Shown in pieces: positions 47,804 to 58,641 of a DNA stretch of 64,000 nt. The DNA comes from a virus. Lineage: Duplodnaviria; Caudoviricetes. Under the pieces are notes generated by a model. The model had not been told where the DNA came from. It searched no databases and worked only from the letters and a program-made list of their open reading frames with translations. Made by a program: the position numbers and the translations under genes. The stretch lies in the IMG/VR virus record IMGVR_UViG_3300032038_000036, positions 36,727 to 100,726 of that record; one strand, given 5' to 3'. How positions within the stretch are numbered: position 1 is the stretch's first letter; every line of letters starts with the position of its first letter.

Positions 47804-47841
47804 TTTGAATAATATATAAATTTTACTATATTATATTTGTA
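47804..47841 (+). promoter_or_regulatory. putative promoter
   Basis: TTTGAATA...TACTATATTATATTTG. Confidence 0.6.
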
Positions 47842-47854
47842 ACAAATAATAAAA

Positions 47855-49042
47855 ATGAACATGGAAATTTGCCCAAAAGTTTATTTCAAAGTCAACAAGA
47901 ATTACGGTGTAATGGTTCCCGTAAGTGGTCTCATTTCAAAGATCGACAAGGAGTTTCTGAATCCCGAGGTTCTTGAAGCCAACAAGAAAGGCTACAATGA
48001 TTATACTCGCGACTTTATTACCAATTGTGATAAGTCGGATGTTTTCTTCTCAGAAAGCTACAACTACGATCCTAAGAAAATCACTTTCAACTTCGACGAA
48101 ATTAAGGTCTGTGCAGACTCTGATTTTATTGAGATGTCAACTGGAGTTTGTACTTTCGATATGAAGAAAGCTTACAATTCAGGCGTCAAAAATGAGGATG
48201 CTGTTTCGTTTCTTAAGAAGATGATAAAGGATTATCCTTGTCCCGATGTCAATTCAGGTTTCTATGTTGAAGAGCGTCGATGGAATATCTTGCTCCGCAA
48301 CATTATGAAGCACAAGAACACAATGTTGGTTGGTCCTACCGGAACTGGTAAGACTGATGTTATCATTCGAATCTGCAAGGCTTTGAATATTCCTTGCCGA
48401 ATTTATGATATGGGTGCAATGATGGATCCTCTGACAGATTTGCTTGGTTCTCACCGTCTTGAGAACGGCACTTCAAAGTTCGACTATGCAAAGTTTGTTC
48501 AGGATGTTCAGGAGCCCGGAGTTATTCTTCTCGATGAGCTTTCACGAGCACCTCAGATGACCAACAATATTCTGTTCCCCTGCTTGGATGACCGTCGAAT
48601 GCTTCCTGTAGAAATTGCAGACTCAAAAGGACTTCGTTCAGTTCCCGTTCATCCTGAGTGTACCTTCATTGCCACTGCAAATATTGGTTCTGAATATTCA
48701 GGTACAAATGAACTCGATGCTGCTCTTGAGAATCGTTTCATGACAATTCAGGTTGACTACCTGCCTAAGACAATTGAGTCTCAGGTAATTTCAATTCGTA
48801 CAGGTTGTGATGAGCGTTCCGCAATGAAAATTGTTGGAGTTGCAAATGCAATTCGTGAGCGTTACTTGGATGGTTCACTTTCAAAGACAATTTCAACTCG
48901 TGAAACTCTCGCTTGCGGAGAACTTATCGTTGATGGTTTTTCACTTCTTGAGGCAGTCAATTTCTCCTTCTGTGAAAAGTTCCCCAAGTACGGAGAGAAC
49001 TCAGAATATGATACTGTAAAGAAAATAATGATGGGATTCTAA
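47855..49042 (+). CDS. MoxR-family AAA+ ATPase (CbbQ/NorQ/CobS-like)
   Basis: GPTGTGKT, LLDELSR, FIATAN, LDAALENRF, STR. Confidence 0.9.
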   Translation: MNMEICPKVYFKVNKNYGVMVPVSGLISKIDKEFLNPEVLEANKKGYNDYTRDFITNCDKSDVFFSESYNYDPKKITFNFDEIKVCADSDFIEMSTGVCTFDMKKAYNSGVKNEDAVSFLKKMIKDYPCPDVNSGFYVEERRWNILLRNIMKHKNTMLVGPTGTGKTDVIIRICKALNIPCRIYDMGAMMDPLTDLLGSHRLENGTSKFDYAKFVQDVQEPGVILLDELSRAPQMTNNILFPCLDDRRMLPVEIADSKGLRSVPVHPECTFIATANIGSEYSGTNELDAALENRFMTIQVDYLPKTIESQVISIRTGCDERSAMKIVGVANAIRERYLDGSLSKTISTRETLACGELIVDGFSLLEAVNFSFCEKFPKYGENSEYDTVKKIMMGF

Positions 49043-49044
49043 TT

Positions 49045-49488
49045 ATGGAAATTATAAATAGAAAAGCAAGACACGAATATACTGTCATAGAAGATTTTGT
49101 TGCAGGACTTGTTCTTCAGGGTTCTGAAGTAAAATCAATTCGAGCTGGCAAATGTAATATATCTGATGCATATTGCTATGTATCATCAAAGGGTGAAGTG
49201 TGGATGAAGAACTCCCATATTTCAAAATATGACTCAGATCGGTTTACAAATCATGATGAACTTCGTGAACGTAAACTTCTATTAACTAAAAAAGAAATCA
49301 GAAAGCTAGCAGGTGAAGTACAGAACCCAGGTATCACACTTGTACCACTTAAAATTTTTGTTGACGAACGTGGTCTGTTGAAACTTGTACTTGGCCTTTG
49401 TAAGGGTAAGAAAGAATATGACAAAAGAGAAACTATTAAAGAGAGAGATTCTAAAAAAGAACTTAATCGTATTATGAAAAACTACTAG
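49045..49488 (+). CDS. smpB: SsrA-binding protein SmpB
   Basis: NRKARHEY, AGLVLQGSEVKSIR, RKLLL, GKKEYDKRE. Confidence 0.95.
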   Translation: MEIINRKARHEYTVIEDFVAGLVLQGSEVKSIRAGKCNISDAYCYVSSKGEVWMKNSHISKYDSDRFTNHDELRERKLLLTKKEIRKLAGEVQNPGITLVPLKIFVDERGLLKLVLGLCKGKKEYDKRETIKERDSKKELNRIMKNY

Positions 49489-49577
49489 CATTTATTTGTT
49501 AATAAATGTTTAAGCAACTTTAAATTTTAAGGTTGCTTTTTCTATTTTAAACAAAATAAAGTATATATACAAAATTT

Positions 49578-50615
49578 ATGGAAAACATTGAACAGCTAAA
49601 GCAAGATAATGCGAAATTAACAGAAAGACTTAATAATGCAGCAAAATTCTTTAGAGAACAAAAAGCTCAAATAGAATTATTAACAAAAGAGAATGAAGAG
49701 TTAAAAGCTCAAATTAATAGAACACCACAAGAAGAAGTAATTGATACAGAAAAATGGAATAAATTAGTTACTGAAAAAGAAAATCTACAAAAGCAAATTG
49801 AAGGATACGAAAACGAACGTAAATCAAATGAAGCATATTCAGATGATTTAAATAAACAATGTGACAAATATGAATTAAAAGTTCAGGAATTAGAAAAAAA
49901 TATTGAGTCAAAAGATAAAGCTTATAAGGTTCTTCAAGATACATATAATGAAGTATTTGCTGATTATAACAAATTAAAAGAAGAAATATCTCAAATTGAT
50001 AAACTTCAAAATACAATTAAAACATATGAACGTAAAATTGATGAACTTGAAAATAATAACCCAGAAGTTCAAAAATTAGAAGAGCAATTAGTAAAAGCTG
50101 AAAAGACAATTGAAAACGATAAACTTGATTATAATAAACTTAATAAAGAACATGAAGCTCTTAATGATACTTATAATAAATTGAATAATGAGTATTCAGA
50201 TATATATACAAAGTATAATGATTTAGAACAAGGACGAATTAAATCTGAAGAACAACTTAATGCTTTGAATACTTTGTGTATTCAATACAAAGAAGACAAC
50301 AAAGAGCTTCAAGATAAATTTGATAATCTTGAGAAAATCTGTAATGATTTTGAAAATCAGAAATTAGCAGCAGATGCTGATTATCAAGGTATATTAGATA
50401 TGTATCAAGAGTTGCAAAAAGAATACGAAAGACTCAGAAATGAAAGAGATATATATTCACAATCAGATGATGCATTAGCAGAAATTGCAAAGATATTAAT
50501 TGAAAAAGGTCTTGTAAATAAAAATGATTTAACACCACAAACAGCTATTAAAGAAAGCGGAACAGCTCATCGTATGGGAGATAGTTTAGAAGGTGGTAAG
50601 AATGTTGGTGTATGA
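49578..50615 (+). CDS. coiled-coil protein
   Basis: heptad-rich 345 aa. Confidence 0.75.
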   Translation: MENIEQLKQDNAKLTERLNNAAKFFREQKAQIELLTKENEELKAQINRTPQEEVIDTEKWNKLVTEKENLQKQIEGYENERKSNEAYSDDLNKQCDKYELKVQELEKNIESKDKAYKVLQDTYNEVFADYNKLKEEISQIDKLQNTIKTYERKIDELENNNPEVQKLEEQLVKAEKTIENDKLDYNKLNKEHEALNDTYNKLNNEYSDIYTKYNDLEQGRIKSEEQLNALNTLCIQYKEDNKELQDKFDNLEKICNDFENQKLAADADYQGILDMYQELQKEYERLRNERDIYSQSDDALAEIAKILIEKGLVNKNDLTPQTAIKESGTAHRMGDSLEGGKNVGV

Positions 50616-51709
50616 AGATAGATACTTGTATAATTGTAAAAAACGAAGAAAAAACAATTAAAAAGCTTATTGAACAGTTTTTAGTTTTTTCAAATGAAAT
50701 TCACATAACTGATACGGGATCAACAGATAACACAATAAAGATCATTGAAGATTTCCAAAAAAGTTATTCTAATGTTTTCTTGCATCATTTTGAATGGTGT
50801 ATGGATTTTGCAAAAGCTAGAAACTATTCATTAACTTGTTATGAATGTAAATCCGATTATCAATTTTGGTGTGATGGTGATGATGAACTTAATGATAAGC
50901 TTCTTGAAACATTAAAAGAGTTTTCGCAATCAAATAAATATGATGCGGATATATATTTTATGAAATATCAATACTTTGATGGTGATAAAAATCCCCATAA
51001 TCGTACATCACTATTAAAAGTTGGTAAAGGATTAATATGGCATGATCCTATTCATGAATATATAGGATATACAACTGCACATAAAGTTGATTATGACACA
51101 TTTAATAATGGTTCTTTAATTATACATAGAAGACCAGCGAATGTTGCGCATACAGATAGAAATTTGCAAATATTTATGCAAATGGAACGTAATCAATATC
51201 CTTTTACATGTCGTAATAGATATTATTATGCTCGTGAATTAATGTATAATAAATTGTATGATTGCGCAATTAATCAATATCATAAATGTATTGACTCAAC
51301 AGAAGATAATAAACTTGATAAATATAATGCTTGTAATAGATTATTTGAAATAAAAGATCCTGAAGCAATTGATTATTTCTTTAAGCTATTGAAGAATAAT
51401 GTTTATCGCAAAGATATGTTTTATAATGTTGCTAAATATTATTATGATAATAAAAATTATGATTTAGCAAGATTATATTATCTATGGTGTATCAATACAC
51501 CTGAGCCTAAACCAGGTCAATCATTTGGATATAATAAAATATGTCAAGTTAATTCATTATTACAATTAAATGTAATTGAATATAAATTAGGCAATATTAA
51601 AGCGGCAATAGAATATAATAACAGAGTATTGGCATTAGAACCTTCTCATAAAACAGCATTAAGTAATTTAGCTTTTTATAAGAATTATGAAAATAATCAA
51701 AATAAGTGA
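50612..51709 (+). CDS. GT2 glycosyltransferase with TPR repeats
   Basis: IIVKNEE, DTGSTDNT, DFAKARN, DGDD, IHE. Confidence 0.88.
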   Translation: MKIDTCIIVKNEEKTIKKLIEQFLVFSNEIHITDTGSTDNTIKIIEDFQKSYSNVFLHHFEWCMDFAKARNYSLTCYECKSDYQFWCDGDDELNDKLLETLKEFSQSNKYDADIYFMKYQYFDGDKNPHNRTSLLKVGKGLIWHDPIHEYIGYTTAHKVDYDTFNNGSLIIHRRPANVAHTDRNLQIFMQMERNQYPFTCRNRYYYARELMYNKLYDCAINQYHKCIDSTEDNKLDKYNACNRLFEIKDPEAIDYFFKLLKNNVYRKDMFYNVAKYYYDNKNYDLARLYYLWCINTPEPKPGQSFGYNKICQVNSLLQLNVIEYKLGNIKAAIEYNNRVLALEPSHKTALSNLAFYKNYENNQNK

Positions 51710-52064
51710 TAACTTAAAGATAAATATTGAAATGCTTTATTCATTAGAGAAACGAGATAATAAGAAAGATATTGATGAATGGGAAAATAAGTATCAAAAA
51801 TATTTAACTAATTTTACTCAAGATCCACCAATGCTTGCTATTACTGATGATGAAGTATTTCAACCAGTATTTGGAGAAGAAGTTGATGAAGACAAAATGA
51901 AATTATATGGGGATGCATTATCTAATCATATAATTTCAATTATTGGAGCATGCCCAATTTATAATGAAACTTATTTTGTTATACTTGCATCAGGATTAAA
52001 AATTAACATTGATAAAACAATTTATGATGCAATTGATGAATACTTAAATAAATTTATAGATTAA
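51687..52064 (+). CDS. hypothetical protein
   Basis: 125 aa ORF. Confidence 0.65.
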   Translation: MKIIKISDNLKINIEMLYSLEKRDNKKDIDEWENKYQKYLTNFTQDPPMLAITDDEVFQPVFGEEVDEDKMKLYGDALSNHIISIIGACPIYNETYFVILASGLKINIDKTIYDAIDEYLNKFID

Positions 52065-52137
52065 ATTATAAATATTATTAATTTTTTAAATTTCGTTCAT
52101 AATTTACTATATTAGTTTTGTAATTAATTGGTAAATT

Positions 52138-52683
52138 ATGAACGAAATTGATTTTAGAAAATTGGAGCTAGATGTTTATCATATTTTAGATAAATATTTC
52201 AAAGATGTAAAAGATGTAGCAGGAAATGACTATGTCTTGCATTTATATGCTGTTGCTGATGCAGTACAAAAGGAAGCAAATTATGAAGTTGTAGATCCAA
52301 AATCAACATTAGCAACATTTTATAAAAAGGCATTTATTGTTGCATTGCTTCATGATATATTTGAAGATACTGCTTGTACAGAAGATGAACTTCGAAAGAT
52401 TGGATGCGATGATGAAATAATTGATGCTATCAAGTCAGTTACTCGTCGTAAGGATGAACAATATTATTTTGATTTTATTTTACGAGCAAGTAAAAATGAT
52501 ATAGGTCGTATTGTTAAAATTCATGATTTGGAGAACAACATGGATATTAAACGTCTCAATAAGTTTGGAGATTATGAACAAAAACGACTAAAGAAATATT
52601 GGTATTCATGGAAATTCCTTAAAAAGGAAATTGATGAAGTTACTGCAAATAATGAAATACATCCTGATAGAAAATTTAGATAA
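52138..52683 (+). CDS. HD-domain small alarmone ((p)ppGpp) hydrolase-like protein
   Basis: G..Y..H..AV, ALLHDIFEDT, VKIHDLENNM. Confidence 0.78.
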   Translation: MNEIDFRKLELDVYHILDKYFKDVKDVAGNDYVLHLYAVADAVQKEANYEVVDPKSTLATFYKKAFIVALLHDIFEDTACTEDELRKIGCDDEIIDAIKSVTRRKDEQYYFDFILRASKNDIGRIVKIHDLENNMDIKRLNKFGDYEQKRLKKYWYSWKFLKKEIDEVTANNEIHPDRKFR

Positions 52684-52715
52684 TTCATTAATTAGTAATC
52701 AATAAAATATAAAGT

Positions 52716-53129
52716 ATGTTTTTTTATTATTTCGGTCTTATTAGTTTTACAGTAATTATAGCAGTTATATTAGCACTGATAACAGTTTCTTGTTGCAGAG
52801 GTCATTATCTTTATTATCAGTTTACAAAACCACAATTGAGAGCATATGATAATAAGCTCCAATATTATAGAATTGATTGTGATAAAGATAAATCAAAATG
52901 GGTGCCTCTTAGGTGTACTATTATGAGAAAGTATCATCCACGTGGTGATGAAAATAAAATTGCTCATCAGGGAGAATCTGTACCTATCATAATTGAGTCA
53001 ATTGATGAGCTTAATGAGTATCGAAAGAAGCTTTCAAATTATAATAAGCTTTTGGATTTTATCGACCTTCAGGAAACTCTTATGAAAGATTACAATTCAT
53101 TTGATGAACAACAGAGAATTATACAATAA
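52716..53129 (+). CDS. membrane-anchored hypothetical protein
   Basis: N-terminal TM segment. Confidence 0.65.
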   Translation: MFFYYFGLISFTVIIAVILALITVSCCRGHYLYYQFTKPQLRAYDNKLQYYRIDCDKDKSKWVPLRCTIMRKYHPRGDENKIAHQGESVPIIIESIDELNEYRKKLSNYNKLLDFIDLQETLMKDYNSFDEQQRIIQ

Positions 53130-53134
53130 TTAAT

Positions 53135-53518
53135 ATGAATATTAAAACAATCAAAGAACGTTGGAAAGCAATTAAAGCTTTATTGAAATGCGACGAATAT
53201 TTTTTAGGAGTTGCGTGGAAAGATGATCGTTATCATAATGATCATGCCCTTATCTGTTATGATTATATAAATAATACAGATAGAAATTTATTCTATACTT
53301 TTATTCATGATTTTATTGAAAATAACTTGCGTTCTATTTCAGGAAAATTTATATGTGTACGATCTTATGAAGATTTAGAACATGACATATATATACCAAA
53401 AGGATCTGAAATTACATTTGACAAAGGATATGCTAATGTAATATCACATGGAAATGTAATTACATATAAAATGCCAATTGAAGAAATATTCTCCCATTTT
53501 AAGTTTATGTCAAAATAA
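53135..53518 (+). CDS. hypothetical protein
   Basis: 127 aa ORF. Confidence 0.65.
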   Translation: MNIKTIKERWKAIKALLKCDEYFLGVAWKDDRYHNDHALICYDYINNTDRNLFYTFIHDFIENNLRSISGKFICVRSYEDLEHDIYIPKGSEITFDKGYANVISHGNVITYKMPIEEIFSHFKFMSK

Positions 53519-53572
53519 AGAAAGCGAATACTTGGCCAAAGTATTCGCTTGATTATTTTAGATTTAATTAAA

Positions 53573-53968
53573 TTAATATGCAGTAAACTTATTACCTTCA
53601 ACACCATTTGATTTCATATATGCAAATGCATTCAAATTAGATGCTGATTCCCAGTTGTTGAAATTTGTACCGGTACCTGTATCATTACTATTAAAGAATT
53701 TATTGAATACACTCTTTACTTTTGTATTACTAATAAGTGATGTTAAATTATTTTTTGTAGGTACAAAGTTTGAACCTGATTGTGAAAATACTTTACCTTT
53801 TGAACTGTCTAAAACACCGTTTTTATAGAAATTAGTTCCGCTTGTTTTGAAAATACCAACTTCTGAATTAGTTTTTAATACTGATCCGCCATTTGCTGCA
53901 CTTGTTCCTGTGTTAACTTCATTAGCTTCATTAGTACTTTCAATTTTTTTAACATAATAATTTGCCAT
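53573..53968 (-). CDS. hypothetical protein
   Basis: 131 aa Asn/Ser-rich ORF. Confidence 0.7.
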   Translation of the reverse strand: MANYYVKKIESTNEANEVNTGTSAANGGSVLKTNSEVGIFKTSGTNFYKNGVLDSSKGKVFSQSGSNFVPTKNNLTSLISNTKVKSVFNKFFNSNDTGTGTNFNNWESASNLNAFAYMKSNGVEGNKFTAY

Positions 53969-54103
53969 GATATCTAGATATAAAATTATATTTATGCATA
54001 AATTTAATTAAAAATAATATATAAAATAGAAAAATAACCAAAATTATTTTTGAATTTTTTTAAGAAAAAATCTATATATTATTTGTAAAATTGATAATTA
54101 AAT

Positions 54104-55999
54104 ATGATTTCAAAAATTTATACTGAAGATTGGTTTGGTCGTACAAATGGTGGTTATACATTTGATGAGGCTGAAATGAACAGTGGTATTGTTAAAATTG
54201 ATAATCATAAGTATTCATCCTTCCTATATAATGAAGATAAAGCCGAGCGTATTTGTTCAGATCCTGAGTTCTTGAAGAAAGAGATGATGGATATGATACA
54301 TGCTGTGGGTTTGAGTAATATTGCTTTCAAGCTTTCAACAACTTGTGAGACTGCACAGACAAACGGTCGTTTTATTGAGGTTGGAATTGGAAAAGAATAT
54401 CAGGATATATCTGATTGTTATGAAAAGTTGGACCGTGTAATTGCAATGACTCTTCATGAGTGCTGTCATTGCCTTTATACTGACTTCAGTCACGTACACA
54501 AGGTTTGTTCAAAATATCCTTCAATTGTTCATCATATTCACAATGTCATTGAGGATGAAATTATTGAACAGAAGCTTTGCTTGAAGTACCCAGGATATGA
54601 GAATTTCTTGGCAAAGCTGAAATATAATTTGTTTGATAAGCATTCTGATGAAGCTGAAGAACCTGAAACCGATCTTCAGGAAGTAATGCAGATTTTCTTT
54701 TTTGCTGTTCGTTATCCCAAATATCTTGCTAACATCGATGAGGATACTCTCAATAAGCACGAGAACATCATTATTGATATTAAGAAGATTATGAGGGAGA
54801 CTAACTGTTTTGTTACTGATAATTCAACTCCCACTATTTCTTCAACTGATGCAGCTGTTAAGATTTATGAACTGCTTGTTGATAATTTCTGTTCAGGAAA
54901 TGGTGATGGAGAATCTGAATCTTCAAATGGTAACGGAAATTCAAATTCTTCAAATAGTTCTTCCGCTTCAGGAATCAATATTTCAAATGAGGAGCCTGAT
55001 TTTGATGGAGAAAATGGAGGAACTGATTTTGGTGATATTGCTGCTATTCTTGCAAAGATACTTCAGGAATTGTCTTCAGAATCTGAAATGACAGATCCTA
55101 AGGACCTTACAATTTATCATACTGATATTGAAGATAAGGTTTCTGATTTTAAGGAGTTTGAATGGAAACAGTGCAAAGATACTCGCATTGATTATAATGA
55201 AATTACAACTTGGACGAACGAGAATGTAATGAAATATAAATCATATTACCGTGAGGCTGCTCCTTATATTGCTCAGGCAAATAACTTGATTATCAATAAT
55301 AAGACAAAGCAGACTGTTAATTTAACTCGTTTCACTCGTAACGGTTCACTTGATCCTACAAGACTTGCAAATGCAATGTGCAATGAGCAGACAGTTTATA
55401 CTCGTCGTACTGTTGAAACAAAGCACATCGATGCTGAATATGCACTTGTTATTATGCTTGATGAATCTGGTTCAATGAATGACCACGGTATCAATATTCT
55501 TGCAACAAAGATTGCAATTATGTTGTATGAAGCTGTTCGTAATTATCCAAAGATTAAGTTGTTTGTTTACGGTCACGGTGATTGTGTATATAAGTACATT
55601 GACTGTGATAAGAACAAGAACAAATATGTACTTGGCGCTCGTCGTAATCAGTGTGGTCAGGATGAAGTTCGTTCTTATCAGTTAATTGTTGATGACGTTA
55701 AGAAATATACAAAGCTTCCTATTGTAATGTTTAACATTACTGATTCTTGCTACTGTTCAAATGAAAACAGACTTGCAGAACTAGTTCATAAGCTTAAGGA
55801 TGACAAAGAACAGCCTACATATATTAATTTGATTTGTCTTGGACATAATGAGGCAACTAACCGCAATGTTCGTAGTTGGAATGATATAATTTACGGAGAA
55901 GGAAACTGGGTAATTTATGATAAGGTTGTTTTCTGTAATGAATGGACAAACACCATCAAGAAGATTGCAAATATTATTCATAGGACAGTAAAACTCTAA
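54104..55999 (+). CDS. vWA-domain protein with N-terminal HExxH (CobT-like MoxR partner)
   Basis: LHECCH..YTD, HNVIED; MIDAS DESGS. Confidence 0.85.
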   Translation: MISKIYTEDWFGRTNGGYTFDEAEMNSGIVKIDNHKYSSFLYNEDKAERICSDPEFLKKEMMDMIHAVGLSNIAFKLSTTCETAQTNGRFIEVGIGKEYQDISDCYEKLDRVIAMTLHECCHCLYTDFSHVHKVCSKYPSIVHHIHNVIEDEIIEQKLCLKYPGYENFLAKLKYNLFDKHSDEAEEPETDLQEVMQIFFFAVRYPKYLANIDEDTLNKHENIIIDIKKIMRETNCFVTDNSTPTISSTDAAVKIYELLVDNFCSGNGDGESESSNGNGNSNSSNSSSASGINISNEEPDFDGENGGTDFGDIAAILAKILQELSSESEMTDPKDLTIYHTDIEDKVSDFKEFEWKQCKDTRIDYNEITTWTNENVMKYKSYYREAAPYIAQANNLIINNKTKQTVNLTRFTRNGSLDPTRLANAMCNEQTVYTRRTVETKHIDAEYALVIMLDESGSMNDHGINILATKIAIMLYEAVRNYPKIKLFVYGHGDCVYKYIDCDKNKNKYVLGARRNQCGQDEVRSYQLIVDDVKKYTKLPIVMFNITDSCYCSNENRLAELVHKLKDDKEQPTYINLICLGHNEATNRNVRSWNDIIYGEGNWVIYDKVVFCNEWTNTIKKIANIIHRTVKL

Positions 56000-56046
56000 A
56001 TATTACATAAGACATCATTTATATGTTTATTTTTAAATATATATAA

Positions 56047-57171
56047 ATGATGTCTTATTTTATGCAGTCAAATATATTACAAGCTGAAAAGGATATATAT
56101 GAACTTTTATGTAATGATGATCTATATGAATTTTATATTGATAGTGTTCACTATGCACATTATATAATTTATACAGATAACTTTGGCATAAATTATAGAG
56201 TATTTATCCATGATGCATTATTGTATAATGACATAGAATTTTTTGTTGAATCATTTGATACTAAAAATAAATTAATAATATTGGCATATGAAAAAGATCT
56301 TCCTATGGTAATATTATTAGAGGATAATGAATATTCAGTTGATGAATATAATAATTATGAATTTAGAGAAGTTGGTAAAGAAACTGAAGTTATTGCACCA
56401 GAGAATAATACAATTGAAGAATTAGATATATATCAAAATTCTACAGATCAGATATTTAATTATGATACTGTTCAATTAACTTATAATTCATCTGAAAATG
56501 TATATAAAGATTCTTTAGGAAATAAATATAAAATCTATAATAAGGATAATTCAAAAATTAATAGAATTATACGTCATTATAAATTAATACAAAAAAATAA
56601 TGAATGGTATAATACTGAAATTGGTAAAGTACAGCATTCATTTGTTGTTAGTTTTATTGATAATACAAAAGTACCTTATTGCTTAATTGAAGTAAGTCAA
56701 AATCCTAATGCATATAATAATTTGTATCAAGATGATGGATTTTCAGCACATAATGAACATAGAGAAGAACCATTATATTTTTCAAGATATTATTCACAAG
56801 AAGATTTGAAAAATAAATTAAAAAATGATGCATTATTAGCTTCTTATAGTTATGCAAATAAAATTAATAAAGATTATACTGAAGATGAAGAATTTATTGG
56901 TACGATTAATGAATGTTTGAATAACTATAATAATACAAATAATATGTATTTAAGATTAGCACCATCATTAGATATGAGAGTTTCTCAATATGAACGTGCA
57001 TTGAAAATAAACAAGATATATACAGATTATTATAATGATGATTATATTTATCAATTAGCTCAGAATGGGCAAATACCTGTATTTAATGATAATCTATTAT
57101 ATTCTGAAAGTAAATATAACTATATAAAACAAAATATAGAAACAAAACAAATTAGAAATTTAGGTGATTAA
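56047..57171 (+). CDS. hypothetical protein
   Basis: 374 aa ORF. Confidence 0.7.
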   Translation: MMSYFMQSNILQAEKDIYELLCNDDLYEFYIDSVHYAHYIIYTDNFGINYRVFIHDALLYNDIEFFVESFDTKNKLIILAYEKDLPMVILLEDNEYSVDEYNNYEFREVGKETEVIAPENNTIEELDIYQNSTDQIFNYDTVQLTYNSSENVYKDSLGNKYKIYNKDNSKINRIIRHYKLIQKNNEWYNTEIGKVQHSFVVSFIDNTKVPYCLIEVSQNPNAYNNLYQDDGFSAHNEHREEPLYFSRYYSQEDLKNKLKNDALLASYSYANKINKDYTEDEEFIGTINECLNNYNNTNNMYLRLAPSLDMRVSQYERALKINKIYTDYYNDDYIYQLAQNGQIPVFNDNLLYSESKYNYIKQNIETKQIRNLGD

Positions 57172-57176
57172 ATAAA

Positions 57177-58349
57177 ATGAATATAAGTCCAAGAAATAAT
57201 TTTGATTTACTTCAAAATTTTATTCCATATAGAATTGTAAAATATAAGGATAATAAATATTATATAATGATTAACATATTTGTTCATGAAACAGATATAT
57301 TTGGTTATAGTATTTATTTCTTTATTGATGATAAATTTGCTCCTGATTATAGAGGTAATGAAATATATGATTTCTTATCAAATATTGATTTGGAAAATGA
57401 TAACATTAGAGATATATTAATAAATGGTACAGAATCATTGTTAATAGGAACAGATTATTTTTTATCTGGAAATACTGATGATCCAGGAATTATGTCATCA
57501 AATATCAATGATTATTTATGTATATCTGGAATTAAGATAAAAGATATTGATAATATTAGTTATTTTATATATAAGAATAAAGCAATAGAGAATAATCAAT
57601 TTAATGATGATGAATTAAATAAATTAAATTCAACATTTATGAAGATTATTCAAACTTATTCAGATATGTATGGTAATGCAATTGATTCATTAGATTTTGT
57701 TTATCAAAATGTAATTGATTATTATGCTAATGGACAATATGATGATGCAATTATATTAATGAACTCTATATTTAATACACAATTAACTACATCAGTTACA
57801 GCTAATTGTGGATGTAATTCTCAAAGCGACTGTACAAGTGTAGCTTCAGGAACAAGTACAATTAACACAGGTACAGATTTAGTATCATTAGATACAGCAA
57901 CTTGCGCTGATAAATATAAGGCAGCAATGTATCAATGGCTTATACAAATGTTATCAGATATTAACTTTTATTGTAATTGGATGTTTACAACAGTTGAAGA
58001 TGAAGATAATATAACAATTCCTGATGAAGAATTAATTGATAACTTAATAGAATTATTAACAGAGTTCTTAAATGCTAATTATGATTTGTCAAATTTAAAA
58101 GGTTGTAAGAGTGCATGCAATTGTGGTCATTCAAAGAAATATTTCAGTAATAATACAACTGGAGACTGTGCAGATTTAATGAATAATGGAATAGGAGTTA
58201 ATGTTGATAACTGTTCATATTATACAATTATTGAAAATTATATTAAAGCACTTAATTGGGTAAAAAATAATCAAATTGACGAAAATAAGAACAAGATATA
58301 TGTATATGGAAAACAGTTTGCAGAAATATTTCCATTATTAAGTTTTTAG
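57177..58349 (+). CDS. hypothetical protein with Cys clusters
   Basis: 390 aa; CGC and CxxxCNCGH; ends in TAG. Confidence 0.7.
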   Translation: MNISPRNNFDLLQNFIPYRIVKYKDNKYYIMINIFVHETDIFGYSIYFFIDDKFAPDYRGNEIYDFLSNIDLENDNIRDILINGTESLLIGTDYFLSGNTDDPGIMSSNINDYLCISGIKIKDIDNISYFIYKNKAIENNQFNDDELNKLNSTFMKIIQTYSDMYGNAIDSLDFVYQNVIDYYANGQYDDAIILMNSIFNTQLTTSVTANCGCNSQSDCTSVASGTSTINTGTDLVSLDTATCADKYKAAMYQWLIQMLSDINFYCNWMFTTVEDEDNITIPDEELIDNLIELLTEFLNANYDLSNLKGCKSACNCGHSKKYFSNNTTGDCADLMNNGIGVNVDNCSYYTIIENYIKALNWVKNNQIDENKNKIYVYGKQFAEIFPLLSF

Positions 58350-58418
58350 TTAAACATTAAAGTTTAATATTAAGTTTTTAATTTTATATTTAATTATACA
58401 AAAACATATTGTTAAGAT

Positions 58419-58640
58419 ATGAAAAATATTGCTAATTATCTTGAATTTGTAGATGAAGATGGAATCTATGAATGCACTAAACGTAATGTAAAAGATATGA
58501 AAGACAGAATGAAAGCTTTTAAGAGAGGATCACGAGAAGAAGAAATAGAAGCACATGGACGTCCAATATCTTACAACAAGACTTTTAGAGATAGAAGCAA
58601 ATATACAAGAAAGGATAAACATAAAAACAATAATTTTTAA
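58419..58640 (+). CDS. small basic protein
   Basis: SREEEIEAHG...YTRKDKHK. Confidence 0.65.
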   Translation: MKNIANYLEFVDEDGIYECTKRNVKDMKDRMKAFKRGSREEEIEAHGRPISYNKTFRDRSKYTRKDKHKNNNF

Positions 58641-58641
58641 T

